A stretch of DNA of 64,000 nt, from the NCBI GenBank assembly GCA_958295785.1, contig OY282377.1, forward strand, positions 3,418,052 to 3,482,051. The letters are read 5' to 3'. The notes beneath the pieces are model-generated. The model made no database searches. It was not told where the DNA came from and saw nothing but the letters and a program-made list of their open reading frames with translations. Each line of letters begins with the position of its first letter. The first letter of the stretch is position 1. This document shows positions 37,044 to 47,203 of the stretch, one piece after another. The stretch is from an uncultured Latescibacterota bacterium (GTDB lineage: Bacteria; Latescibacterota; UBA2968). Position numbers and translations under genes: made by a program.

Positions 37044-37919
37044 ATGATTATTGACGCGCACAACCACGTTTATTATCACGGCCTGAACGCAGAGGGCGTG
37101 TTGGCTGAGATGGATCAATTTGGCTATGATGTGGCGTGGTTGCTCACATGGTATTTGCCGCCGAGTGAGCATATCGCGAGCAGCCATCGCGTGTTTAATC
37201 CCGCCAATGCGCGGCCCGATGGCACGCACGCGGGCGCGACATTGCCCGATCTTTCGCGGGCGTGTGAGAAATATCCCGACCGGTTTGTCGCGGGGTATTG
37301 CCCATGTCCCGCAGAGGGCGATGCCGCAGCACTTTTTGAAGCCGCGTATCACACGCACGGGGTTCGGGTGTGCGGCGAGTGGAGCTATCGGATGTTGTTG
37401 AATGATCCCCGTGCGATTCTGTTGTTCCGCAAAGCGGGTGAATTGGGCGCGCCGGTGGTTTTGCATATCGACACGCCGTTTTTGAATGGGGTGTATCAAG
37501 CGGATTGGTATGGCGGTGAAATCGGCGCGTTGGCGCAGACCTTAGAGGCGTGTGCCGAGACGACATTTATCGGCCATGCCCCCGGGTTTTGGCGGCATGT
37601 GAGTGGGGATGAAGCGACCGATCCAAAAAAATATCCTGCGAGTCCCATTGCGCCGGGGGGCCGTTTGTTCGATCTGTTTGCCCAATACCCGAATCTCTGC
37701 GCCGACCTGTCGGCGGGTTCTGGCCTGAACGCCCTGAAGCGGATGGCAGATGGGGGATCGAATTTTTTGATCGCATATCAGGACCGGTTGTTGTTCGGCC
37801 GCGATGCCCCGGGAAATGCGTTGCAGGTCCATCTGGATGGGTTGGCTTTGCCCGCGGATATCAGAAAAAAAATTTATGGCGAGAATGCGTTGCGCTTGGT
37901 ACCTTTGGACAGTTCGTGA
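37044..37919 (+). CDS. Amidohydrolase-2 family protein
   Basis: IIDAHNH, PVVLH, FIGH, DRLLFGRD and KIYGENA. Confidence 0.85.
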   Translation: MIIDAHNHVYYHGLNAEGVLAEMDQFGYDVAWLLTWYLPPSEHIASSHRVFNPANARPDGTHAGATLPDLSRACEKYPDRFVAGYCPCPAEGDAAALFEAAYHTHGVRVCGEWSYRMLLNDPRAILLFRKAGELGAPVVLHIDTPFLNGVYQADWYGGEIGALAQTLEACAETTFIGHAPGFWRHVSGDEATDPKKYPASPIAPGGRLFDLFAQYPNLCADLSAGSGLNALKRMADGGSNFLIAYQDRLLFGRDAPGNALQVHLDGLALPADIRKKIYGENALRLVPLDSS

Positions 37920-38017
37920 CGTCAGGCGGTATCAAGGCCAAGGGAATGGGTATCAAACCTATTGGTTTCAGGCATTCAAATTCAGTACCACCTTAACCAG
38001 GTTAGAAAGAAGGACGT

Positions 38018-38608
38018 ATGGTTGCAATTAATCCTAGACAAATTCTCGGTGCGTGGCGTCAGGGTTACGTACTAGACAATCACACACTGCGAAGTGAATT
38101 TTTAGGCTACGATCAGTTTGGAAACCCGAGATTCGACACCCAAAGGACTGAAGTAGGTGAACTCCTCTACAGGCTAAAGTATAGAGGAAAGTCGGAAGCC
38201 CTAGCCCCATTGGTCGAGACTACCCTCGCGTTTGTAAGGAACTGGCAGGTTGCTTTCGATGCTATTATTCCCGTTCCTCCGACCCGAACTCGTCGCTTTC
38301 AACCAGTCTTCGAAATTGCGACCCGTCTTGCTAAGCCCCTGGGTTTACCGCTGCTCAAAGACTTTGTTCAGAAAGTCAAGAATAATAGGGAACTCAAGAA
38401 CGTGTTTGATTACGCCGAACGGCTCCAGTTACTCGAGAATGCTCATAGAGTTCACGATCAATCCTGCCGCGGCAAGGCCGTTCTGCTATTCGATGATCTA
38501 TACCGGTCTGGTGCAACCCTGAATGCAGTCACTCGGGCACTTTATGAGCAGGCACGATGCTCGGAGGTGTACGTGCTGGCTCTCACCCGTACAAAGGCAA
38601 TATCATGA
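38018..38608 (+). CDS. ComF-like phosphoribosyltransferase
   Basis: GELLYRLKY, IIPVPPT and the PRPP loop VLLFDDLYRSGATL. Confidence 0.85.
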   Translation: MVAINPRQILGAWRQGYVLDNHTLRSEFLGYDQFGNPRFDTQRTEVGELLYRLKYRGKSEALAPLVETTLAFVRNWQVAFDAIIPVPPTRTRRFQPVFEIATRLAKPLGLPLLKDFVQKVKNNRELKNVFDYAERLQLLENAHRVHDQSCRGKAVLLFDDLYRSGATLNAVTRALYEQARCSEVYVLALTRTKAIS

Positions 38609-39174
38609 CGACGGTTTTCATTGGCGGCTCTCGTAGAATCACGCGCTTGAACGACACTATTCGTTCCAGAGCGGATAACATTATGCGTCAGCGTTTCGCT
38701 GTCGTCATCGGCGATGCAAATGGGGCTGATAAGGCCATACAGACCTATTTAGCATCTAAAGGATATCGGAATGTTGTCGTCTATTTTATGGACAATCACT
38801 GTCGGAATAATGTGGGAAGTTGGCCTGTAGAACAGGTATCTGCAAATCATCAGCGAAAAAACTTTGCATACTACGCAACTAAGGATAAGAAGATGGCTCA
38901 GGTAGCCTCCTATGGATTCATGATTTGGGATGGAAAAAGTAAGGGGACCCTGAATAATATTCTCAACCTGTTGCAACAACAGAAGAATATCTCGGTTTAC
39001 TTTTCTCCCGATAAGTCTTGTTATAAGCTCAAATCACTCAAAAATCTTACGACACTGTTACACAAGTGTGGTGGCGATATAAAAAGAAAGTTCGAAAAGG
39101 AGTTCACACTACAGGTCCCAGCGCGTTCAGAAGTGTCAAATTTTGAGCTTTTCGCAGTTGATAAAGGCGGTTGA
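38605..39174 (+). CDS. SLOG-superfamily (DprA/YspA-like) protein
   Basis: VFIGGSR, IGDANGAD, KDKKMA and IWDGKSKGT; ATGA overlap with the PRTase. Confidence 0.75.
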   Translation: MTTVFIGGSRRITRLNDTIRSRADNIMRQRFAVVIGDANGADKAIQTYLASKGYRNVVVYFMDNHCRNNVGSWPVEQVSANHQRKNFAYYATKDKKMAQVASYGFMIWDGKSKGTLNNILNLLQQQKNISVYFSPDKSCYKLKSLKNLTTLLHKCGGDIKRKFEKEFTLQVPARSEVSNFELFAVDKGG

Positions 39175-39253
39175 TGGTAATGACCGAAGTTAATTACTCG
39201 CTTCCCGCGTTGTAGGTTGCGCTCGTGCGCCAAGTCCTAGAGGAATTTTCACA

Positions 39254-40033
39254 ATGGCACTATCCGACCACATGCACTGGTCGTTTCAATACGACGGGAG
39301 AAGCCAGAGGCCGCATTTTTGCAGACAGTTGATGGATGTTTTGCGCCAACAGGATCGATCTCAAGATGGCGATAGGTACGCGATTTTGCCGAATTATTGG
39401 AAGGGATACAAACGCGCAGACGAAATGGCGGAGGGGGTTGATCTGGCTATCGGCGAGGCCGCGATAGACAAAAGGCGCGAGGCGTCGGGGAACTGGCGTT
39501 ACGACGTTCGGGTTTTGAATACGACGAGCGGTGAAAATTTGCACTTTGACTTCTGTTGTGCAGACGATGACTTTCGCACCTTGTTGGACACCTGGCGCGT
39601 AAGGGCGATCAATGGCGCGGGGGATGGATATCGCACCTTCACCTGCGAGGGGCGTATTGCAGATCGACAACAGGTCGCGCTCGTGGTCAATGGCGTCACA
39701 TTGCCAGTCGGGCGTTTTGATCAATCGCCCGACGCGACCTGTAACTGGGCGCTGTTCGACGTGATCCCCCGTCTGGCCCCTCGCCTAAAAGCGTCTGGCG
39801 AACGGGTTTCTCTGGGGATTTTGGAAGATTTGGAAAAAGTGCGTGCGCCCGCGTGCATCGGCTTTTTGGAAGACTGGGTTATGCCACTCGATGGCGGGGC
39901 GTTGGAACTCTCTGGATTTTTCGTCTATGGCGCGGGCATGCCGCCTTCGTATTGGTGGTTGGATCAACGCCCGCGGGTGGTGATCGCATCCACGACATTC
40001 CAAACCTTTGTGCTGGAAGGAGGCGCGGCATGA
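39254..40033 (+). CDS. Hypothetical protein
   Basis: GAGGA RBS; 259 aa; ATGA-coupled to the sulfatase. Confidence 0.7.
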   Translation: MALSDHMHWSFQYDGRSQRPHFCRQLMDVLRQQDRSQDGDRYAILPNYWKGYKRADEMAEGVDLAIGEAAIDKRREASGNWRYDVRVLNTTSGENLHFDFCCADDDFRTLLDTWRVRAINGAGDGYRTFTCEGRIADRQQVALVVNGVTLPVGRFDQSPDATCNWALFDVIPRLAPRLKASGERVSLGILEDLEKVRAPACIGFLEDWVMPLDGGALELSGFFVYGAGMPPSYWWLDQRPRVVIASTTFQTFVLEGGAA

Positions 40034-41478
40034 GTGGTCGCCCGAACATCCTGTTTATCAACACCGACCAACACACATGGGACGCGATATCGGCTTATGG
40101 CAACGCGCATGTGCAAACGCCAAATATCGACCGCCTGCACGCCAATGGCATGTCCTTTATGCGATCTTATTGCAGCGATCCGGTCTGCGCGCCGGCCCGT
40201 GCGAGTTGGATGACGGGGCGTTTTACGTCAGAAGCGGGCACGCCGTTCAACGGGGGCTATTTGCACGAAGACATGCCCGATTTGGGACCCATTTTGACGG
40301 CCGGCGGGTATCGGGCGATTCACTGCGGCAAATGGCATGTGGATGGCCGCGATGTACACAGCAGCTTTGACGTGCTGTATTGCGGCCAAAGGCGCATCGG
40401 CGCGGGGGGTGGCGAATATTACGATGCGGCGATGACCCACGCCGTGGTGGATTTTTTGACCAGCCGTGAAGACGCCGATCCGTTTTACCTGCAAGTCGGG
40501 TATGTCAATCCCCACGATATCTGCGAGTATGGGCACAACTTTGAAACAAAAGTGATGCCCGATGCCATCCGCAGGGGGATGCTCAGGGAAGCGGATTTGC
40601 CGCCCCTGCCCAAAAATTTTGAGTACGATGAACGCGAGACGGTTTTGCACCAGGTGTGCAGGCGCGTGGATGAGTGCTTGATCCACTGGCCCATTTTGCG
40701 CGCGACGAGAACGTGGTCCGAGCGCCAATGGCGAACCTTTATTTGGCATCACCACCGGTTTGTGGAAAAGGTGGATGGCGAGATCGGCCTGATTTTGACC
40801 GCGCTTGAACAGAGTGGGCACGCAGATAATACGCTGATTATTTTCAGCGTGGATCACGGCGAAGCCTTTGGGCAACATCGTACATTCCAAAAATTTTCCC
40901 TGTACGAAGCCAGCATTCGCGTGCCGTTTATCGTATCCACACTCGGGCGCGGGTTGAATATTCCAAAAGGCGCGTTTGATCAAACGCATTTCGTGTCCGG
41001 GGTCGATCTGCTACCCACGGTTTGCGACTATGCTGGAATCGATCCGCCCGATCAGGTGCGGGGGATGAGCGTGCGACCGCTCGTCGAAGGACGCAATGTG
41101 GCATGGCGCGATTTTGCCTTTGTCGAGAGCAATTACTGGGGCCGCGCCCTGATTTTTGATCGGTATAAATACGTTGGTGAGTATATTCCGCATGGAAACG
41201 AAAAAGACCTGTTGCCGCCTGGCCCGGATCCCCAACGTATCGGCCTTGAACAACTTTTCGATTTGCAGGCAGACCCCGCCGAGACGCGCAATCTCGCTTA
41301 TGACAAACCGGATGTGTTGATGCAATGCCGCCAGACCTTGCTGAATTTTGAAGCGGAGTTGGAACGGCGGCGCGTCACCCAGGCGCGGCCCGCGCAACGA
41401 ATTGGCGAATGGGCACAGCGGATTCGGGCGCACTGGGACGCACATCCCGCATTGGACGCGATGCGGATTCGGAGTTGA
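40030..41478 (+). CDS. Sulfatase (formylglycine-dependent, Cys type)
   Basis: PNILFINTDQ, CAPARAS, GKWH and DHGE. Confidence 0.92.
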   Translation: MSGRPNILFINTDQHTWDAISAYGNAHVQTPNIDRLHANGMSFMRSYCSDPVCAPARASWMTGRFTSEAGTPFNGGYLHEDMPDLGPILTAGGYRAIHCGKWHVDGRDVHSSFDVLYCGQRRIGAGGGEYYDAAMTHAVVDFLTSREDADPFYLQVGYVNPHDICEYGHNFETKVMPDAIRRGMLREADLPPLPKNFEYDERETVLHQVCRRVDECLIHWPILRATRTWSERQWRTFIWHHHRFVEKVDGEIGLILTALEQSGHADNTLIIFSVDHGEAFGQHRTFQKFSLYEASIRVPFIVSTLGRGLNIPKGAFDQTHFVSGVDLLPTVCDYAGIDPPDQVRGMSVRPLVEGRNVAWRDFAFVESNYWGRALIFDRYKYVGEYIPHGNEKDLLPPGPDPQRIGLEQLFDLQADPAETRNLAYDKPDVLMQCRQTLLNFEAELERRRVTQARPAQRIGEWAQRIRAHWDAHPALDAMRIRS

Positions 41479-41528
41479 GAAGGGAAACAGAGCAATTTCA
41501 CACGTATTCTTTTTCAAAGGACAACGCA

Positions 41529-43082
41529 ATGGACACACCGGACTACACGTCACTCGTGCCGCACTACACATTTCCAACCGCGCTGGAGGAACAGCGCGAG
41601 GCACTGGCGACCAATCCGCTGTTGCAGCGGATGAAGGATGCGCGGAAGGGATATGCGGGCGATCCGCACAGGCCGATCTATCACTACGTGAACCCGGAAC
41701 ACACGCTCAACGATCCCAATGGGCTTTGTTTTTGGCAGGGGCGATGGCATTTGTTTTATCAGGCGTATCCCCCAGAAGACCCGCGCCAGCACTGGGGCCA
41801 TGCGGTCAGCCGCGATTTGATCCACTGGGAAGATTTGCCCTACGCGATTTATCCCCATCCCGAACGCTGCTGTTTTTCGGGAGCAACGCTCGTGGAAGAA
41901 GATCGCGTCATCGCCATGTATCACGGCACAGAAGTCGGCAATATGGTGGCTATATCGCGCGACCCCCTCTTGTTGAATTGGGAGAAAGTGACCGGACGCG
42001 CCGTGATTCCGATGAAGAATCCCGATGGCTCTGTGCCGCCCTATCGGGTATTTGATCCGTGTATATGGAAAAAAGGCGATTTTTATTATTCGCTTTCGGG
42101 CGGCACTCTGCCCGGGCCGGGTGGCAAACGCACGCGCGCAAATTTTTTGCTCCGCTCGCCCGATTTGGCAAATTGGACGTATTTGCATCCGTTTGTGGAA
42201 GATGACCGCTTTACACTGGTCGGCGACGATGGCGCGTGTCCCTATTTCTGGCCCATTGGCGACCGCCATATCTTGCTCTTTTACAGCCACATGAGCGGCG
42301 GGCAATATCTGTTGGGCGATTGCGATACCGAGCGCGACAAGTTTGTCGTGACCGCGCATGACAAATGCAATTTTGGCCCCTCCGGGCCATGCGGGGTCCA
42401 CGCGCCTTCGGCAACGCCCGACGGCGAGGGCAATATCATCGTGATTTTCAATATGAATCCGGGAAAGCCGACAGAGAATTGGAATCAGATTATGACCTTG
42501 CCCCGCAAGTTGACGCTTGTGGGCGAAGAGGAGTTGCGGGTCGAGCCGGCAGGGGATGTGGCGTCGCTGAGACGCGATCGCCAGCATGTGGAGGGCATGA
42601 CGCTTGCGGCCAATCGAGAGGTGGTGCTCGACAATATTCGGGGCAATGCGATGGAGATCGCGGCCGAGATCGATCCCAAAAACGCGCAGATGGTCGAGAT
42701 GGATGTGTTGCGGTCGCCAAATGCAGAGGAGGTGACGCGCATCGTATTTTTCAAAGACCGCGGGTTTAGAAATCGGGAGTTGAACACGCAGAAGAGTTTG
42801 ATCACCATCGATTCCTCGCGTTCTTCCATTTTGCCCGATGTGCGTACCCGCGCACCCGAGACCGCGTCTGTTTATATCGCGCCGGATGAGACCCTGAAGT
42901 TGCGCGTGTTTGTCGATAAGAGCGTGGTGGAAGTGTTTGTCAATGGCAAACAGTGCGTGGCCTTGCGCGTGTATCCCGGGCGCGAAGATAGCGTCGGCGT
43001 TTCCCTGCGGTCACAAGGCCAAGACTGCGAACTCATTTCGCTCGATGCGTGGCAGATGGCGGATATTTACGCGAGTCAGTGA
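41529..43082 (+). CDS. Glycoside hydrolase family 32-like protein with non-canonical motifs
   Basis: LNDPNG, WGHAVSRDLIHW, CFSGA and VFVDKSVVEVF are present, but FDP replaces RDP and ACP replaces ECP. Confidence 0.85.
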   Translation: MDTPDYTSLVPHYTFPTALEEQREALATNPLLQRMKDARKGYAGDPHRPIYHYVNPEHTLNDPNGLCFWQGRWHLFYQAYPPEDPRQHWGHAVSRDLIHWEDLPYAIYPHPERCCFSGATLVEEDRVIAMYHGTEVGNMVAISRDPLLLNWEKVTGRAVIPMKNPDGSVPPYRVFDPCIWKKGDFYYSLSGGTLPGPGGKRTRANFLLRSPDLANWTYLHPFVEDDRFTLVGDDGACPYFWPIGDRHILLFYSHMSGGQYLLGDCDTERDKFVVTAHDKCNFGPSGPCGVHAPSATPDGEGNIIVIFNMNPGKPTENWNQIMTLPRKLTLVGEEELRVEPAGDVASLRRDRQHVEGMTLAANREVVLDNIRGNAMEIAAEIDPKNAQMVEMDVLRSPNAEEVTRIVFFKDRGFRNRELNTQKSLITIDSSRSSILPDVRTRAPETASVYIAPDETLKLRVFVDKSVVEVFVNGKQCVALRVYPGREDSVGVSLRSQGQDCELISLDAWQMADIYASQ

Positions 43083-44249
43083 TCAGTGGTCACCGGCCAC
43101 CGGTGCCTCGCCTGCTGCTCGGCGTTCCAATTCGCCGCGCCAACCGATAACTTTTCCGGCTTTGATGTGCCGGATGTCAAACCCCGGGTAGCGGTCTTCG
43201 AGCGCGTCCCCCAACTTTTGCGTTTCGGCCCAGCGGTCCCATGCGGTCTGCATCCACTCGTGTGGCAAAGCATCGCGCACGGCGGGATCGAGTTGCCACG
43301 CATGGCGCACGTCTGCCACGGACGGTTCTCCGGTGAACGGGCCTGACCACTTTGACCAACCGATAGACAAGGTGTTGCGCTCGCGGTCGGGGACCGTGTG
43401 TCCCGTGTGGATGGTGGTCCCATTGCGGATGAGGGCTTCCCCGGCTTTGAGGCGGATTGCAACTTGGTTTGGCAAGGGGTCTTCCCCGTTCCAACTGGGG
43501 GTATGCGGCACCCCTTGTTCTTTCATCGCTTTTGGCAAGAGCACGTCGTGCTCATAAGGTGTGCGCCATCGGTTGTGGCTGCCGGGGATGAGCTCGTGGC
43601 ATTCGTCATCGGTCAATGCCAAGAACATGCTCACGCCGTTCCGCTGTGTGAGGGCCTTCGCGTTGTTTGCGCGGATTTCTTGCCAGCGGCGTTTTTCCAC
43701 CTCCTCGGAATAAGCCTCTGGGCCTTCCCCGCGCACTTCCCGCTGTGCAAAGTAGGGTTTTCCCGTGCCCCACCACGTCACGTCCCTGTGCCAACTGAGT
43801 TTGTTCTCGCGCTGCCGGGGGTTGCACCACAGCAACAGGCCACTCAACGTCATATCCTCTGGCTGAAGCCCGTGACACCACGAGGAGACGAAGGTGAGAA
43901 AATCGGGCGAGCCGTGGAACTCGGCAAAGCAAGGCTCTCCAAAAGCGGGATGGATGAGGCCCCGGATCGCCCAGGGCTCGTCGTTGCCCGTGCGATGCAC
44001 ATAGCCTTTCGAGCAGTCGATGGTGTCGTAGCCACTTTCGGGCGCGCACGCCTCGGTCACGCGGCGACCCGCCTCTCTGAGAACGGGGATCCACGGATTA
44101 TCGACAAAGTCGGTGATGATGACAAACCCGTGTTCCTTCAAGTGGGCCAACCGCTCTGGCGTGGCCCCATGCGCCGCGAGTTCCGGCTTGGCGTCTGCAA
44201 AGGCCGTGGCGCGGTAAGACTCAGACGTAGGTGCTTGAACCTTGTCCAT
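43083..44249 (-). CDS. PhyH-like Fe(II)/2OG dioxygenase
   Basis: HGFVII, WHRD, LIPGSH and LKAGEAL...IHTG; AAGGAG RBS. Confidence 0.75.
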   Translation of the reverse strand: MDKVQAPTSESYRATAFADAKPELAAHGATPERLAHLKEHGFVIITDFVDNPWIPVLREAGRRVTEACAPESGYDTIDCSKGYVHRTGNDEPWAIRGLIHPAFGEPCFAEFHGSPDFLTFVSSWCHGLQPEDMTLSGLLLWCNPRQRENKLSWHRDVTWWGTGKPYFAQREVRGEGPEAYSEEVEKRRWQEIRANNAKALTQRNGVSMFLALTDDECHELIPGSHNRWRTPYEHDVLLPKAMKEQGVPHTPSWNGEDPLPNQVAIRLKAGEALIRNGTTIHTGHTVPDRERNTLSIGWSKWSGPFTGEPSVADVRHAWQLDPAVRDALPHEWMQTAWDRWAETQKLGDALEDRYPGFDIRHIKAGKVIGWRGELERRAAGEAPVAGDH

Positions 44250-44545
44250 TGTGACTCCTTTCGCCCCATGCACTGCGGGGCCAAAATACACGACAAAAAT
44301 GCGAATAGGCGTAGCCTACAACGCAGCTCAGCGAGTCATCCCCCCCCACCTAACACATTGTAGCCCCTGTGCCCGACCAACCCCAAAACCCCACGCACTT
44401 CGTAGGCTGTGTCTGTCCGTAGTGTAATAGGTCTTATTTTTTTGTCAATGATTTACGGACCCCATCGTTGTTGCGCGTCATGCCTCTATCGGAGAGATTG
44501 ACAAAATATGACAATCCGCTATGTTATTGTAATGGAGACAGACTG

Positions 44546-44830
44546 ATGATGAAACACAAAGAGTTGATCGCAACAATGCGGTCACAACCCGGCTACAAAG
44601 AAAAGTATGATGCCGTAGCATCTGAGTTTGAATTGCTGCGTAAGATGCTTGAAGCGCGCAAACGCGCTGGCCTGACGCAAGAGCAGGTCGCCGAGAAAAT
44701 GGGTACAAAGGCAACGGCGATTACCCGCTTAGAATCTGCCAATAGCCAACACTCCCCGAAAATCGAGACCCTGCGAAAATATGCAGAGGCTGTCGGATGT
44801 CGGCTCAATATTGAGTTGATTCCCGATTGA
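44546..44830 (+). CDS. XRE/HigA-type HTH antitoxin, orphan
   Basis: ARKRAGLTQEQVAEKMGTKATAITRLES...PKIETLRKYAEA; no toxin ORF adjacent. Confidence 0.85.
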   Translation: MMKHKELIATMRSQPGYKEKYDAVASEFELLRKMLEARKRAGLTQEQVAEKMGTKATAITRLESANSQHSPKIETLRKYAEAVGCRLNIELIPD

Positions 44831-44885
44831 CCGAGGGCTATCATTTTGACTCGGGAAATTGTCCAATTACAACATGGAGGTCATC

Positions 44886-45662
44886 GTGGAATTAAGCGAG
44901 CGTCAGAAGCGATTTTTTTACAAAGAGGGCTATCTCAAAGTTGCGGGCGCGGTGCCTCGCGTGATGGTGGATGCGGCGCGGCAAGTGATCAACGCCGAAA
45001 TGGGCAAGGGGAATACCAATCCGTTCTCCGAGATTAACACCGCGCCGGTCATTGCGGATTTGTTCAACGAAACGCCCGTGTTTTCCCTGCTCGAATCCGC
45101 ATTGGGAAAAGGCAATTTGCAGCGTTGTCAAGCGGGCGGCATTAAGCTCAATTTTCCGCGCGCGCCCGGCAGTTCGGCAGATGCGTTGACAAAGAAAATT
45201 GGATGGGGCAGAAGCGGTGGGCATCTCGATGGGATCAAGGCCGTGGGCGACCGCCTGCGCGGGTTGCGCGAAGACGGGACGTATAACCGCAATTTTACGT
45301 CGTTTGCCACGGTGTATTTGGACGACGTGCCCGTGCCCAATGGCGGCAATTTTACCGTGTGGCCCAAGTCGCATCACTTTTTTGAGAATTATTTCAGAAA
45401 ACACGGGCACCAAATTTTGGACGACCACATGCCCCATGTCACATTGCCCGAAGATCCGGTATTTGTGACTGCCAAAGCGGGTGACGTGATTTTTGCCCAT
45501 CATGCAATGGTGCATACGGGAGGCCCCAACACCTCGCCAAATATCCGGTACGCGGTGATTTTCAGGGCCAAACACGCACGGATCAACGACATTGGATTCG
45601 ATGCGTTCACGGATATATGGCGCGAGTGGGATGGCGTGCGCGAAGCCGTGGGCATTGCGTGA
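44886..45662 (+). CDS. PhyH-family dioxygenase
   Basis: FFYKEGYL, HLD, GNFTVWPKSH and AKAGDVIFAHHAMVH. Confidence 0.85.
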   Translation: MELSERQKRFFYKEGYLKVAGAVPRVMVDAARQVINAEMGKGNTNPFSEINTAPVIADLFNETPVFSLLESALGKGNLQRCQAGGIKLNFPRAPGSSADALTKKIGWGRSGGHLDGIKAVGDRLRGLREDGTYNRNFTSFATVYLDDVPVPNGGNFTVWPKSHHFFENYFRKHGHQILDDHMPHVTLPEDPVFVTAKAGDVIFAHHAMVHTGGPNTSPNIRYAVIFRAKHARINDIGFDAFTDIWREWDGVREAVGIA

Positions 45663-45716
45663 AAGATCACAAGTGTGGACTTGTGTTTTGAGGGTCAATT
45701 AAAGGACAGATCGAAA

Positions 45717-45953
45717 ATGACTGGAAGTGCTCAGTACATCAAAATCGTCGAATGGTCGGACGAAGACCAATGTTTCATTGGTTATTGTCCGGGCATTATC
45801 GGTCCGTGTTGCCACGGAGATAATGAAATCGAAGTCTATCGGGCGTTATGCCAGATTGTCGATGAATGGTTGGAAATCGCCCGTCGGGAAAACACGGCAT
45901 TGCCGCCCCCAACGATTGGTAGAAACGTCGCCAAATTGTTGATGCCTACCTAA
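45717..45953 (+). CDS. HicB-like antitoxin, orphan
   Basis: [15 protein letters not shown]...CHGD...LPPP. Confidence 0.7.
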   Translation: MTGSAQYIKIVEWSDEDQCFIGYCPGIIGPCCHGDNEIEVYRALCQIVDEWLEIARRENTALPPPTIGRNVAKLLMPT

Positions 45954-46023
45954 CCCCAAAGCCGTTGGGATTGATGGCGCGAGTGGGCATGGGATGAGAC
46001 GAACCACAACAAAGGAGATCGAT

Positions 46024-46911
46024 ATGAAATCGGCGTCTAAATACGATCGGGAACTCCTCGATCTTTACGACGAGTATGTACACGGGCAAACGGATCGGCG
46101 TGGCTTTTTGAATCGCGCTGCGAAATTTGCCGTTGGCGGCGCGACAGCGGCCTCGCTTTTGGACAGCCTGAAACCCAATTACGCGCTCGCACAGCAAATC
46201 GCCACAGATGATGCGCGTATCAGTGCTGCGTATCAAACCTATCCATCGCCCGAAGGCCACGATACCACGCGCGGTTATCTCGTCGCGCCGGCAGGGGCCG
46301 AGGGAAAAGTGCCCGGCGTGGTCGTCCTGCACGAAAATCGGGGCTTGAACCCCTATATCGAAGATGTTGCGCGCCGCGTGGCAACGGCCGGTTTTTTGGC
46401 CTTTGCCCCGGACGCGCTGGCACCGTTGGGCGGGTATCCCGGCACGGATGACGAGGGGCGGCTCATGCAGCGGCAAGTGGATCGCGATAAGATGATGGCA
46501 GATTTTATCGCTGCTGCGCGTTTTGTGCATTCGCATCCCCAATGCACGGGCAAAGTCGGCGCGGTGGGGTTCTGCTTTGGCGGCGGCGTGTCCAACGCGC
46601 TCGCGGTGAGTATCCCGGATATTATTTCCGCTGCGGTCCCCTTTTACGGGCGGCAACCCGCAACTGAGGATGTGCCGAAAATCAAAGCCGCTTTGCTCAT
46701 TCACTATGCGGAATTGGATAGGCGCATCAACCGGGGCTGGCCCGCGTATGAGGCCGCCCTCAAAGAAGCGGGCGTGAATTATACGGCACACATCTACGAA
46801 GGCGTCAACCACGGATTTCACAACAATACAACGCCGCGCTATGACGAGGCGGCAGCAAAATTGGCGTGGCAACGCACGATTGATTTTTTTGACGCGACAC
46901 TGCGGGAATAG
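46024..46911 (+). CDS. Dienelactone hydrolase family protein (YghX-like)
   Basis: [28 protein letters not shown] and HGFHN. Confidence 0.92.
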   Translation: MKSASKYDRELLDLYDEYVHGQTDRRGFLNRAAKFAVGGATAASLLDSLKPNYALAQQIATDDARISAAYQTYPSPEGHDTTRGYLVAPAGAEGKVPGVVVLHENRGLNPYIEDVARRVATAGFLAFAPDALAPLGGYPGTDDEGRLMQRQVDRDKMMADFIAAARFVHSHPQCTGKVGAVGFCFGGGVSNALAVSIPDIISAAVPFYGRQPATEDVPKIKAALLIHYAELDRRINRGWPAYEAALKEAGVNYTAHIYEGVNHGFHNNTTPRYDEAAAKLAWQRTIDFFDATLRE

Positions 46912-46937
46912 GGAAAAAAAGATGCGAGGATAGAAAC

Positions 46938-46964
46938 GTAGGGGCGGTGCCCCCGTGCCCGCCC
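46938..46964 (+). repeat. REP-like palindrome GTAGGGGCGGTGCCCCCGTGCCCGCCC
   Basis: Variant of the 21559 REP with a compensatory stem change. Confidence 0.8.
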
Positions 46965-47005
46965 GAAAAGGATAGATACAAGAGGCAATGGATCTGAAAA
47001 TCCGC

Positions 47006-47034
47006 TTGACAACATCCTTGGATTCGCATAGCTT
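47006..47034 (+). promoter_or_regulatory. Candidate sigma70 promoter for tRNA-Val(GAC)
   Basis: TTGACA-N17-TAGCTT, 25 bp upstream of the tRNA. Confidence 0.6.
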
Positions 47035-47059
47035 GTCCGCTCAAACACAGCGCGAGGGT

Positions 47060-47136
47060 GGGCGATTAGCTCAGGTGGTTAGAGTGCTTGCTTGACATGC
47101 AAGAGGTCACTGGTTCAAGTCCAGTATCGCCCACCA
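47060..47136 (+). tRNA. tRNA-Val (anticodon GAC)
   Basis: GGGCGATTAGCTCAGGTGGTTAGAG...CTTGC-TTGACAT-GCAAG...GGTTCAAGTCC...TCGCCCACCA. Confidence 0.97.
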
Positions 47137-47147
47137 TTCAAAACGAC

Positions 47148-47185
47148 AAAATGGGTTACGCTAATTTCAGCGTGACCCATTTTTT
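47148..47185 (+). terminator. Intrinsic terminator after tRNA-Val(GAC)
   Basis: AAAATGGGTTACGCT-loop-AGCGTGACCCATTTTTT. Confidence 0.85.
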
Positions 47186-47203
47186 GATTGCGGATTGGTA
47201 TAA

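Noticed and set aside
15322-47136. Two similar tRNA-Val sequences as attL/attR of an integrated element
   Set aside because: Both are complete tRNAs with different anticodons in inverted orientation. No integrase is present and housekeeping genes lie between them.
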